Below, piece after piece: positions 12,301-24,524 of a stretch of 64,000 nt of DNA. The stretch covers positions 123,318,001 to 123,382,000 of the forward strand of contig NC_091984.1 of assembly GCF_044704955.1 (NCBI RefSeq), read 5' to 3'. How positions within the stretch are numbered: the stretch's first letter is position 1; every line of letters starts with the position of its first letter. The position numbers and the translations under genes are program-made. The notes below the pieces were generated by a model. The model saw nothing but the letters and a program-made list of their open reading frames with translations, was not told where the DNA came from and searched no databases. The stretch is from Pristiophorus japonicus. Its lineage: Eukaryota.

Positions 12301-14532
12301 TTGAAAGTGCCCACACCTGGCTGAAAGAGATGTTCAAATTGCTTTGTAACTGTTGAGCAGGAGGTCCGCTCCTCTAATGACATGGCATGGACATCATCCC
12401 ATTTCCAGTTTAGTTTTGGCAGCCAGCTTCTCCCCAGCAGTGCTGGGGGGTCTCCAGGGACAATCCACAGGGGAAGTCGGTTCACTGTCCCTTTGTGTGT
12501 GACAGAGAGCATGGCGCTGCCGAGTACTGGTACGAATTCTTTGGTATAGGTCCTTAGTTTGGTGTCAACCCTTGTGAGTTTTGGTCTGTCTCTTTTATGC
12601 GGTCACAGTTGTTCAAATTTTTGAGCGCCCATGAGAGATTGACTCGCTCCCATATCCAGCTCCATGTTGACAGGTATCCCGTTGAGTAGGACCCTCATCA
12701 TTAGAGGAGGCGTCCTGTTGTAGGAGCAGCAGCTATTGATCGTGTTGACCCGCTGTACATCGGTGTCCCGGGTACTGTCCCTGCCATCTTCTGGTCCGCT
12801 TTCCGACCATCCGATTCGTATACCAGCCGAGCTGCCGTTTTTTTGCACCTGCGGGCCAAATGCCCTGTATATTCACAATTTCTGCAAACAGCCTGCTGAA
12901 ATCGACATCCCCTTGACGAGTGCCTGTTAATACGGATTCTTTTTCCCTCAATCTGTTTCAGCGAATACACTGACACACGAACACCAAAGCAGCTTATAAC
13001 AAAGCAGTCTTTATTAATTGTTTCACCGGCCGGGACTTATCAGAACAAAGGAACGCTCTCCCTCAGAGTGCGCCCACTTCCCTCGGACAAGCCCCATTAC
13101 AATGTAGGGGCGCAACGGTTATACACTTTCAGTACGTAATACAATTGAGGGACATTCAGTTCACCCTATCCTTTGTGATCCCTCCTTCCCTTTGTCCACT
13201 CATGAGCCGATACCTGGCCTTCCTTGCCCAATTAGATACAGGCAAGTGGTTATAGCAACTGTTTTGCACAAAGAGCTTTCTCACCCATTGCTTGTAAATG
13301 TTACAATTTTACTGGCATGACTAGTAACTAAGACCTTGAGCAAGTCTGTTATTTGTGCTGATGTTGTAACATTTGCAGTCTGACATTCTTTTAGTTATCC
13401 TTCCATGATTCACTGTCTCTATTGCTTATACATTTTCACACATTCTCATGCCCACCCCCACAACTCCAGCACAGACCTGTTTCATTGTTCAAAATGTTTC
13501 CAAAGAATGAGCTGCGTCTGGCTGATCTCTCTTGAGCTTCTCTCAGTTTGTAGTTGATTGCTCGCATTGTGGGTTGATGAGGTGTGAACGGCAGTTCCTG
13601 TGGCCCTTGATTGCTTCTGCCTGTTGTCGAGAGTCTGTTCTCCCGGTTTTGTCTGTGTGTGGGGGTAGCAGCTTGTTTAATGCTGTGAACTTCCGATATT
13701 TCGTTAGTTGTCGTACCTGCATTGTAAATCAACCTCGTTCCTTCTTCCCCTATCAAGAATGTCTGTGCATCCAGTGCTGCTGCCTCTAAGGTCAGGTTCT
13801 TGGTCTCTGAGCTTTCGGAATAGGCCTGCGTGGCCTATTCCTTCAATGAAAAAGTCTCTCAGCATTTCTCTCCTCAGTTCATTGGAGAACTCACATAAAC
13901 TAACCAACCTCCGAAGTTCCGCTACAAAGTCGGGTATGCTCTGGCCCACACAGCGTCTGTAGTTGTAGAACCTGTGTCTGGCCAGGTTTAGGCTGCTCGC
14001 TGGCTTCAGGTGGTCTCTTACCAGTGTGCTCAATTCTTCAAACGACTTGCTTGCTGGTTTCTCTGGTGCCAGATCATTCATTAAAGCGTATGCTTGCGAG
14101 CCACAGTTGGTCAAGAGATTGGCTCTTCTCTTGTCTGCCTTATCATCGCCTAACCAGTCTTTGGTTACAAAGCTTTGCTGGAGCCTTTCTATAAAGTCCT
14201 CCCAATTGTCTCCCGCATTGTACTTTTCATCTGATCCATTGTTTGTCATTCTGTGGATTCTGTAATCCCGTAACTCGTCGCCACTGTAAAGTCCTGTCCC
14301 CTCAGTACAGATTCACACGAGGCATGTAGTGAAGTCAAGGTCACTCTAGACCTGTACCTTTATTTCACAGCTCTGGAATGTTGCACTTGCCCGAGACCTG
14401 TCCTTATATACCTGTCTCTTGCAAGTGCACCCCTGGTGGTAAGGTGTGCTGGTGCTTACAGGTCATATCTTATTACAGTCATGTATAGCATGTTAGGATA
14501 CAGTTATATATAATAATGTAAGATGCATGACA
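9344..14532 (-). mobile_element. Gypsy LTR retrotransposon (Mag-like), near full length, frameshifted gag-pol
   Basis: 248-bp LTRs 9344-9591 and 14285-14532 (12 mismatches by eye), PBS TGGCGACGAG, PPT ttgggggagggtgg, Gag (14249 start), protease MELDMGAS, RT VVFQDDIL, RNase H TCDAST, integrase HHCC and WSRVHVDYAGPF..VVVDAFSKW..ILVSD; order PR-RT-RH-IN. Confidence 0.95.
12925..13448 (-). mobile_element. solo LTR, ERV-like (524 bp), inserted in gag of Gypsy element 2
   Basis: TG...CA ends, exact 4-bp TSD TGCC (12921-12924, 13449-13452), minus-strand AATAAA; removal restores Gag CWSCGGGHSSRGC. Confidence 0.8.
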
Positions 14533-15738
14533 GTGAATCAAATTTAGAAGGGATGCACAAGATAAAATTAGGGCACACGATAAAGAAAATCATCAAGAAC
14601 AGAGAGACAGTGTCGTGGAAGGGACTATGAAAGAAGGCTGACAGAAATGATCAAAGGAAATAGTAAAGATAATAAAAGTAAAAGGAATAGTTGGAGAAGG
14701 CAGAACCACTCACTAATGTGAGTTGGGGGGCAGGGGCAGAAAGAACAATAATTGTGGAGGAAGGTGGTATGGCAGAGATATTAAACAAATATTTTTATAT
14801 CAGTATTTACAAATACTGGGAGTGAGTATATCGGTGCTAGAGGAGGATGTGGAATAATTGTTACAGTAGAAAAAGCATTGGTTCTGAAAAATTAGCAGCC
14901 GAGAGTCACTGGACCCAGATGGCACACACCCTAGGCAGTTGTAGGTGGTCAGAGAGGAGATAGCGGAGGCTCTGTACATCATTTTTACAATCTCCCTAAA
15001 TATTCAAATTTTACCGTGGGGCTGGGGGTAACCTTTGCTCAAGGAGGGAGAAGGATAAATTAGGTAACTGTAAACCAGAGAGTCTGGTGGGAGAACTCTT
15101 TGAATACCTAATTCAAATCAATTTAGTAAACATTTAGAAGTGCAAAGGGAAATCAAGGACATCCAGCATGGATTTTATTTTAATGGCAAGTTATGTTTGC
15201 AGTGTTTTGAAGTGACTGATAAATGGAGGGAACACAGTAAATATGGAGTGAAGGCATTCGATGAGGTGCCTCAAAAGGTTTTTACACAAGTTCAGGTGCA
15301 TGGTGAGAGAAAAAATGTGGCAGCATCAATATAGTCAGTTGACAGCCAGGAAAGCGAGTGAGGTAAGTGGGTATTGCTCAGATTGGAGAAGGATTAGCAG
15401 TGGCATGCCGCAGGGGAAGTGCCGGATGTACATTTGTTTTCAGTCCCAGACTTAACAACAGGGAACACAACCTTGAAATCCACTGACAATACAAACATAG
15501 GGAGTGTGGCAAACAGTGAGGTGTACTGTAAAAGGCCTCAGGAAGAGACAGTGGTTAGTGGAATGGGCAAACGGGTGGCAGGCACAACATAATGTGGCTA
15601 AATGTGTAAGGTAATGCATTTTTGGAAGAAGAATACAGCAAGGCGGTGAATGAACAGAGAGAGCAAGGGGTTCAAATACAGAATTCCCTGAAAGTGCAAA
15701 TGAGGGTAGAAAAATCCATAATAAAAGGCCCATAATAT
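14533..15738 (+). mobile_element. old degraded CR1 ORF2 (host of Gypsy 2 and of the CR1 at 15739); continues at 20186-20780
   Basis: GPDGTHPR, QHGF, KAFDEVP, SGMPQG remnants; RT colinearity resumes at 20186. Confidence 0.7.
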
Positions 15739-18700
15739 GAGCCCAACAGGAGCGTTCGCAGTTCGAGAGGCCAGCGGGGAGTCAGGAGGTGGAACGGGAT
15801 GTTGCTGAGGTCTACAAAAGGCCAGCCAGTGCAGCTGCAGCAGGGAGGCAAAAAAGTAGAAAGAAATCAAATGGTGAAGTCACAGCCAAGGGGGTAAGTG
15901 ATTGGTAAGTAGTTTTTCTTTTTCCTTTCTAGATTAGTAAGTAACCTTTAGCATTGTTGTTGCCAATTTAAGTTTATCAAAGGGTTAAGTCATGGCAGGA
16001 CAGCTCAGACATGTGCTATGCTTCTCCTGTACTATGTGGGAAGTCAGGGACGCCTCCGGTGTCCGACGACTACATGTGCGGGAAGTGCATCAGCCTCCAG
16101 CTCCTGACAGACCGCATTGCGGCACTGGAGCTGCAGGTGGATGAACTCTGGAGCATCCACAATGCTGAGAATGATGAGAATAGCACGTTTACTGAATTGG
16201 TCTTACCACAGATAAAAGGGTACACAGCCAGATAGGGGATGGGTGACCAACAGGAAGAGCAGTGGAAGGAAGGTAGTGCAGGGGTCCCCTGACAAAACAG
16301 ATACACCGCTTTGGGTACTGTTGAGGGGGATGATTTATCAGGGGAGGGCAGCAGCAGCCAATTCCATGGCACAGTGGGTGGCTCTGCTGCACGAGGGCAG
16401 GAAAAAAAAAAAAAAAAAAAAAAAGAGTGGGAGAGCTATAGTGATCGGGGATTCGATTGTAAGGGGAATAGATAGGTGTTTCTATGGCCGCAACAGAGAC
16501 TCCAGGATGGTATGTTGCCTCCCTGGTGCAAGGGTCAAGGATGTCACGGAACAGGTGCAGGATTTAAAGTCCTTACTCTACAGCATGAAACCACACGAGA
16601 CACATTCTGGGGACAAGGTGGAGTCCTGTGACCTTCATTCTTCATTCACAGGACTCCAAACACGATGACCCTACATGGGACCTCCCTTTTTATACCTGTG
16701 TGATCAGGTAAGGAGTGTCTCCCACAAGTTCACCCCTTGTCAAGGTGTGCATCCAGCTTGAAAGTATACAGTAATAGTGGTGTTACATTGTGATAACATA
16801 CATGACACAGAACATTCTGAAAAGGGAAGGTGAACAGCCAGTTGTCATGGTGCATATAGGTAAAAAAAACTGGATGAGATCCTACAAGACGAATTTAGGG
16901 AGCTCAGAGTCAAATTAAAAAGTAGGACCTCAAAAGTAGTAATCTCAGGATTGCTAACAGTGCCATGTGCTAGTCAAAGTAGGATTCGCAGGATAGCTCA
17001 GATGAATATGTAGCTTGAGGAGTGGTGCAAAAGGGAGGGATTCAAATTCCTGGGACATTGGAACCGGTTCTGGGGGAGGTGGGACCAATACAAACCGGAC
17101 GGTCTGCACCTGCGCGGGACCGGAACCAATGTCCTAGGAGGAGTTAAACTAATATGGCAGGGGGATGGGAAACCAATGCAGGGAGATAGAGGGAAATAAA
17201 ATGGAGGCAGAAGCAAAAGATAGAAAGGAGAATAGTAAAAGTGGAGGGCAGAGAAACCCAAAGCATAAAACAAAAAGGGCCACATTACAGCAAAATTCTA
17301 AAGGGGCAAAGTGCGTTAAAAAGACAAGCCTGAAGGCTCTGTGCCTCAATGCAAGGAGTATTCGGAATAAGGTGGACGAATTAACTGCGCAGACAGCAGT
17401 TAATGGATATGATGTAATTGGCATCACGAAGACATGGCTCCAGGGTGACCAAGGCTAGGAACTCAACATCCAGGGGTATTCAACATTTAGGAAGGATAGG
17501 CAGAGGAAAAGGAGGCGGGGTAGTGTTGCTGGTTAAAGACAAAATTAATGTAATAGTAAGGAGGGACATTAGCCTGGATGATGTGGAATCGGTATGGTGG
17601 AGCTGCGGAATACCAAAGGGCAGAAAACGCAAGTGCGAATTGTGTACAGACCACCAAACAATAGAAGTGAGGTTGGGGACAGCATCAGAAGAAATAAGGG
17701 ATGTGTGCAATAAAGGTACAGCAGTAATCATGGGTGACTTTAATATACATATTGATTGGGCTAACCAAACTGGTAGCAATGTGGTGCAGGAGGATTTCCT
17801 GGAGTGTATTAGGGATGGTTTTCTAGACCAATATGTCGAGGAACCAACTAGGGAGCTGGCCATCCTAGACTGGGTGATGTGTAATGAGAAGGGACTAATT
17901 AGCAATCTTGTTGTGCGAGGCCCCTTGGGGAAGAGTGACCATAATATGGTAGAATTCTTTATTAAGATGGAGAGTGATAGATAATTCGGAAACTAGGGTC
18001 CTGAACTTAAGGAAAGGTAACTTTGACGGTATGAGGTGTCAATTGGCTAGAATAGACTGGCAAAGGATACTTAAAGGGTTGACGGTGGATAAACAATGGC
18101 AAACATTTAAAGATCACATGGATGAACTTCAGCAATTGTACATCCCTGTCTGGAGTAAAAATAAAATTGTGAAGGTGGCTCAACTGTGGTTAACAAGGGA
18201 AATTAAGGATAGTATTAAAAGCCAGGAAGAGGCATATAAATTGGCTAGAAAAAGCAACAAACCTGAGGAGAAATTTAGAATTCAACATAGGAGGATTAAG
18301 GGTTTAATTAAGAGGGGAAAAAAAAGAGTACGACGAGAGGAAGCTTGCAGGGAACATAAAAACTGACTGCAAAAGCTTCTTTAAAAATGTGAAGAGAAAG
18401 ATTAGTGAAGACAAACGTAGGGCCCTTGCAGTCGGATTCAGGTGAATTTATGAACAAAGAAATGGCAGACCAATTGAACAAATACTTCAGTTCTGTCTTC
18501 ACGAGGGAAGACACAAATAACCTTCTGAATGTACTAGGGGACAAGGAGGAACTGAAGGATATCCTTATTCGGCATGAAATTGTGTTAGGGAAATTGATGG
18601 GATTGAAGGTCGATAAATCCCCGGGGCCTGATAGTCAGCATCCCAGAGTACTTAAGGAAGTGGTCCTAGAAATAGTGAATGCATTGGTGGTCATTTTCCA

Positions 18701-18769
18701 ACAGTCTATCGACTCTGGATCAGTTCCTATGGACTGGAGGATAGCTAATGTAACACCACTTTTTTTTTA

Positions 18770-18809
<40 letters not shown>

Positions 18810-20185
18810 TGGGTAATTATAGACCGGTTAGCCTGACATCAGTAGTGGGGAAAATGTTGGAATCAATCATTAAGGATGAAATAGAAGCACATTTGGAAAG
18901 CAATGACAGGATCGGTCCAAGTCAGCATGGATTTATGAAAGAGAAATCATGCTCGACGAATCTTCTGGAATTTTGTGAGGATGTTACTAGCAGAGTGGAC
19001 AAGGGAGAACCAGTAGATGTGGTGTATTTGGACTTTCAAAAGGCTTTTAACAAGGTCCCACACAAGAGATTGGTGTGCAAAATCAAAAGCGCATGGTATT
19101 GGGGTAATGTACTGACATGGATAGAGAACTGGCTGGCAGACAGGAAGCAGAGAGTCGGGATAAACGGGTCCTTTTCAGAATGGCAGGCAGTGACTAGTGG
19201 AGTGCCGCAGGGCTCAGTGCTGGGACTCCAGCTCTTTACAATATATATTAACGATTTAGATGAAGGAATCAAGTGTAATATCTCCAAGTTTGCAGATGAC
19301 ACTAAACTGGGTGAGCTGTGATGAGGATGCCAAGAGGCTGCAGGGTGACTTGGACAGGTTAGGTGAGTGGGCAAATGCATGGCAGATGCAGTATAATGTA
19401 GATAAATGTGAGGTTATCCATTTTGGGGGCAAAAACATGAAGGCAAATTATCTGAATGGTGGCAGATTAGGAAAAGGGGAGGTGCAATGAAACCTGGGTG
19501 GCATGGTTCATTGAAAGTTGGCATGCAGGTACAGCAGGCGGTGAAGGCGGCAAAATGGTATGTTGGCCTTCATAGCTAGGGGATTTGATCATAGGAACAG
19601 GGAGGTCTTGCTGCAGTTGTACAGGGCCTTGGTGAGGTCTCACCTGGAATATTGTGTTCAGTTTTGATCTCCTAATCTGAGGAAGGATGTTCTTGCTATT
19701 GAGGGAGTGCAGCAAAGGCTCACCAGACTGATTCCAGAGATGGTTGGACTGTCTTATGAGAGACTGGATCAACTGGGCCTTTATTCACTGGAGTTTAGAA
19801 GGATGAGAGGGGATCTCATAGAAACGTATAAGATTCTGACGGGACTGGATAGGTTAGATGCAGGAAGAATGTTCCCGATGTTGGGGAAGTCCAGAACCAG
19901 GGGACATAGTCTTAGGATAAGGGATAGGCCATTTAGGACTGAGATGAGGAGAAACTTCTTCAGTCAGCATTGTTAACCTGTGGAATTCCTTGCCGCAGAG
20001 AGTTGTTGATGCCAGTTCATTGGATATATTCAAGAGGGAGTTAGATATGGCCCTTACAGCTAAGGGGATCAAGGGGTATGGAGAGAAAGCAGGAAAGGGG
20101 TACTGAAGGAGTGATCAGCCATGATCTTATTGAATGGCGGTGCAGGCTCGAAGGGCCTACTCTTGCACCCATTTTCTATGTTTCT
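15739..20185 (+). mobile_element. near full-length CR1 LINE (ORF1 Zn-finger/zipper + SGNH esterase; ORF2 APE-RT), frameshifted
   Basis: ORF1 DDYMCGKCISLQLLTDRIAALE, IVIGDSIVRG, CCLPGARVKDV; APE CLNARSIRNK, IMGDFN, SDHN; [30 protein letters not shown]; tail ttctatgtttctatg. Confidence 0.95.
16563..16807 (-). mobile_element. Gypsy solo LTR inserted in CR1 ORF1
   Basis: ends tttaaagtcc...catgaca resemble the LTRs of Gypsy element 2; 5-bp TSD cagga/cagaa; CR1 ORF1 resumes after it. Confidence 0.8.
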
Positions 20186-20884
20186 ATGAATGGGACAGAG
20201 TACAAAAAGGTTGTGATCAATTTGTACAAACCATTGGTGAGTGTATGGTGCGTAATTTCAGTTGTCTCATTAGAAGTACATTACAGCTACAGAATACGCA
20301 GTGTAGTTTCACAATAACAAACACAAATGTGAAATAATAGTTACAAGGAGAAGACTGGAGATACTGGGACTATTTCCGCTGGGAGAGAGAAGGCTTTGGA
20401 GGAGATTTAATGAAAGATTTTTTTTTTTTTAATTATAGGGGCTTTCAAAGAGTGAATGGGGAAAGACCATTTCCCCTGGTTAGGGAGTCTCAGAGGAAAA
20501 GGAATCATCAATTTAAATAGTTAAATAAAGTAAGGAGGGGTTAGGCAAATTTCTTTGCACATAGGGTTGCTGGAGCATGAAATGCTTTGTCACAGGGCAA
20601 GGTTGAGGCACAGACCATTGCATTTATCAATAGAGATTTAGGTAAATATTTGAAGCAGAGGAAGAGACAGGGCTATGGGGAAAGAATGGGGCAGTGGGAT
20701 TATTTTGATTTATCTGACAGAGCTAGCACAGACATGATGGATAATCTGTCTTGTAATCTTCTATGGTGCTACAGTGGAATGAGCATTGACAGTGGAGTAT
20801 TTACTTCCACTACTCAGTCAGGTCTTAAGTTACTGCTAACTAAGTCATTCTATTGTTATATTAACCATTTTGACAATATACGTG

Positions 20885-22130
20885 TTGGTCAGACTGCACC
20901 TGGAGTTTTGTGCCCAGTTTTGGTCCCCACACATGGTGGGTGATATAGTGGCTATGGAGAAGGTCCAGAGGAGAGCTACAAGAATGATTCCTAGCTTAAA
21001 GAACCTCAGATAGGCTCAAGGACCTTGGTCTATTTACTTTAGAGCAGCTAAGCCTTGGAGGTGACCCGATAGAAGAAGTCTATAAAATAATTAAAGGGCT
21101 GAATATTGACCCGATAGAAGAAGTCTATAAAATAATTAAAGGGCTGAATATTGTCCCTAAAGTTATTCCAGATTAACAGATTGGAGACATGTTTAAAGCA
21201 CGAGTAGGTCTTAGTAGTCGGTCATATCCAACAAAGACGTTGATGTGCTATCAATGGCATGTGTCTTCAAGTGGCTGTATCGGCCAATTCTGGATGCACA
21301 TAGTCTCTTGCATGTCGGACAAGGGAAGTTCGATGTGCCTGATGCTGACAGTACTGCCACCTGATGTCGTCTATCTCTAGTGTTCCGCAGGCGTTGACAT
21401 CAGCTTTCTTCGAAGGTCTGGCAGGCAGTCCTCGTGAGGGCTCACCACTGGATTTTATTAGCTGCTGGATTAGAGGTCCTTTGGTCGGATGCCACAGTAC
21501 TGGAGGTTAGCCTTGATGCAATCTTTGTAGCGCTTGTGGGGGCGCCCCTGGTGTCTTTGAACTTCAGAGCTCGCCGTGAAGAAGCGGATGAGGGATCCTT
21601 GACTCATCCATGCGGACGACATGTTCAGCCCACCGGAACTGGGCTCGCATGATCACCTCGATGCTAGTTGATTGTGCTCTCTCCAGAACCTCAAAGTTTG
21701 ACACCCGGTCTTGCCAGCGTATGAGGATAGATCTGAGACTGCGCATATGGAAAGCTTCTGAGTCGGAATAGGCTGGATATTAGGCATTTCTTCTTTTCCC
21801 AGAGTGTAGTGGGTCTCTGAAATACATTGCCGGCTGGTGCGGTCTCTCCATTGCCTTTGAGCCAGACCTGTTCTGGACTGGGACAGAGATCACATCGTAA
21901 AAGTGATCTCGTGGACTGGTTTTGATCTTCTGAGAGGGTCGGAGAGGAACATGCCAGACTTATTTTCCCTTATTGGCCATGGTTTTTTTTTTTGCTTCTC
22001 CAAAGAGATTCCATAACTGCGAGGGCAGTGGGGGATGGAAGAAGTGTCTCGTTATGATGCTCCGGTTGTCATGGTGTGGGACAGGCTTGATGGATGTGCT
22101 GGTCCTTTCCTGCCCATTAATTTTGTATGT
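20885..22130 (+). mobile_element. CR1 3' fragment split by an RTE insertion
   Basis: cacctggagttttgtgcccagttttggtcccc...gtccagaggagagctacaagaatgattcc; 3' part resumes at about 21766; contains a perfect 45-bp tandem duplication at 21062-21151. Confidence 0.65.
21205..21765 (-). mobile_element. RTE LINE 3' fragment
   Basis: ORF 21564-21746 LRSILIRWQDRVSNFEVLERA..SIE..QFRWAEHVVRMDESRIP is the typical RTE RT C-terminus. Confidence 0.85.
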
Positions 22131-23877
22131 TCGTATAGTTAACCAATCTGGATTTGTCATGTATCCCCTATATAGTCCCAATATTGTCCTATACTTTTAC
22201 CAAAGCCATGCAGTTTTCTGAAATCCTCTACCAGATATTGTGCACCTTCAGGTCCAACCATTGAGTCACTAAAGTACATCAAGCAAGCTACACTCAAGCA
22301 GTTGAACAATGCCATGCAATAAGCTACAGCCAGCACTAGTAATCGGTTATAAACTAGCTGTCGTAATGATATATCTATAAAATTAAATATTTTGCAAATA
22401 GCATACATTTCTTGTGAGCACATCACTTCCTGTCACACTTCAGCAAGTCCTCTGACTCAGAGTGACAGATCATCAGCTGCTACATTCTTAACACCAAAGC
22501 CAAAAGGCCCAGCGGGGAAACAATGGAGGAATTGAAATCTTGAATTTCTTAGAATGAAATCCACTCAAACCTTTGTTCTCACTATTTCTCACAAGCCCTT
22601 AATTCGATTGCCAGTTACAAAGGACTAGTCAGCCCAGCCAACTATAACAGTTATAAAACACATTATTCAGTCAACTTTGTTGAGAACAATGCAGCATTTG
22701 GTTTATCATTCTAGTTTTGAAATATTCAATGATTCAAGCTTTTGCAGCACTATGGCCTTATGACAATGATTATTTATATTAAAAAAAACTTGCCAGAAAC
22801 ACAGGGAATACAAGCTCTGTATGTATGAGTAACTGTAACCTAGCAAAGTCTCAACACCATTGCCATGGAGTCGTTATTCATTCCCTTTGCTTACAAGAAA
22901 CAAAGCTGCCCCACCCTCACCAACAACACAACTCCCCAGCCAAAGGACAGAGCCACAGTTGAAAGAAAATGTTCATCAGATCTACGCCAACAGAAGACCA
23001 GCATTTGGAATAAATTTCATATTTCAGGTTAAGAGACCAACAATGAGAAGAACCAAAGGCCAGGAAAGTCAGTTATTGCTGAAGCTTAGCCGGGCCTCCC
23101 AGCAACAGGTAAACAATTGCAATATACTACACATGCTGGAGAATTTAGATTTTCACCCCCAAGCCTTTTATCATATGAATTCTGCACCAACTATTTTATA
23201 TTATGAATGTGACAAGAACTTATTTATATAGACTCTAGGCTTTACAGCTGCACTTCTGAGATTCAAAACATTGAGAAATATTTGTGCAGCACACAACTTT
23301 GATATGAATTCTGGAAATGAAGCATTGGATATTTGCTTTTCATTTCAATGCTACAAAATTGTATTGGAAATTCCAGTTGATTAAACTATTTCCTCTGATT
23401 ATTGCACGTAAAACCTATGCATTTTTAGATGCGTGTCCACGTTTAAAAACAACCACCTGATAACTTATTAATTCTCTCAAATGGAGGTTGCCAACTCTGA
23501 TTGGATGTTTTCCTGGAGGTTATCACCACATGACCACCCGCCTCCAACCACCCCACTCGGTCGAACAGTGCTTTGTGCCAGGGAGAGCAAAAATCAGAGT
23601 GGATCAACCTGAAATGGTTCAATCATCTGCTGACATTTATTGTGAAGGCTCACAGATAAACAAAAGGCCACTTGGGCAAAGTACTACTGGAGAGTGTGAC
23701 TTGCACTCAAAAAGGAGCCAAAAACAAAATCAAGAGCCAGAGGGAAGGGAAACAATTGTTTAGTAAAATAAAGTTACAACCCATCTAAATAGGTAGCCAG
23801 ATTGAAATCATGGGGACATTTAATGCCAACATGTTATCCCAATCTAATTATGTGAACTGCAAAAGATAATGGGTTTA

Positions 23878-24403
23878 CAGATGCAGCATCCTGAATCCGG
23901 AACCCTCGGGACTGAGGCCATTCCGGATTTTGAACGTTTTGCTGAAGTCATGTATCCAGAAACACCCAAGCCCAGGTTCGGGTATTTCCGGATTTTGGAA
24001 CGTCAAAGCCGGGGGGCGGGGGGTAGTGGGGAGGAGGAGGAGGAAAGAGAGAAAGAGAGAGAGAGAAGGAGAGAGAGAGAGAGAAAGAGAGAAAGAGATG
24101 CTCGTCGATGAGCTGTTCGGGTCTTCGGGTGAGGCCCCGCCTCCGTGGAGTTGTTCGGACGGGGCCCTGCCATCGAGGATCTGATCGGGTGGGGACTGCC
24201 GCCGAGGAAGTGTTTGGGCGGGGCCCAGCCGCCGTGGAAGAGTTCCTTGTCTGGCCTGAGGTAGGTGAGGTCGGGCCCCGTGAAGTCAGCTCGCCGGGGG
24301 CAGGTGTGGTGTGGTGTCTGGATATCGGAACATTTTCCGGTTTCTGGACGACCACCACGGATCGGCCCGATGTCCGGATTCTGGATTTGGGAGGTCGAAC
24401 CTG
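23878..24403. mobile_element. pogo/Tigger-like non-autonomous DNA transposon (MITE), CpG-rich
   Basis: TA on both sides (23876-77, 24404-05); imperfect TIRs cagatgcagcatcctgaatccgga / tccggattctggatttgggaggtcgaacctg; internal tccgga repeats. Confidence 0.7.
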
Positions 24404-24524
24404 TATTAAATTTAGCCATGTCATTTTTCTATTCATATCGCAACAAATTTATTAAGTACTAACAGTTGCGTCTCTGGCAAGGCTCCATCCTTGGCTCACT
24501 CCTATTACATAAAATATACTGCAT

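Noticed and set aside
4268-14532. Possible APOBEC-type hypermutation of the Gypsy elements near APOBEC4 (TGG-to-stop changes, transition-rich LTR differences)
   Set aside because: Differences run in both directions, cannot be polarised without a consensus, and fit ordinary CpG and neutral decay; proximity to the gene is irrelevant to editing.
21062-21151. Perfect 45-bp tandem duplication (also a 30-bp-period duplication near 44976-45032)
   Set aside because: Two-copy slippage duplications without spacers; not CRISPR-like or evidently functional.
23869-24462. Several overlapping 65-162 aa ORFs on both strands
   Set aside because: By-product of a GC-rich MITE and a GA microsatellite; no recognisable domain.
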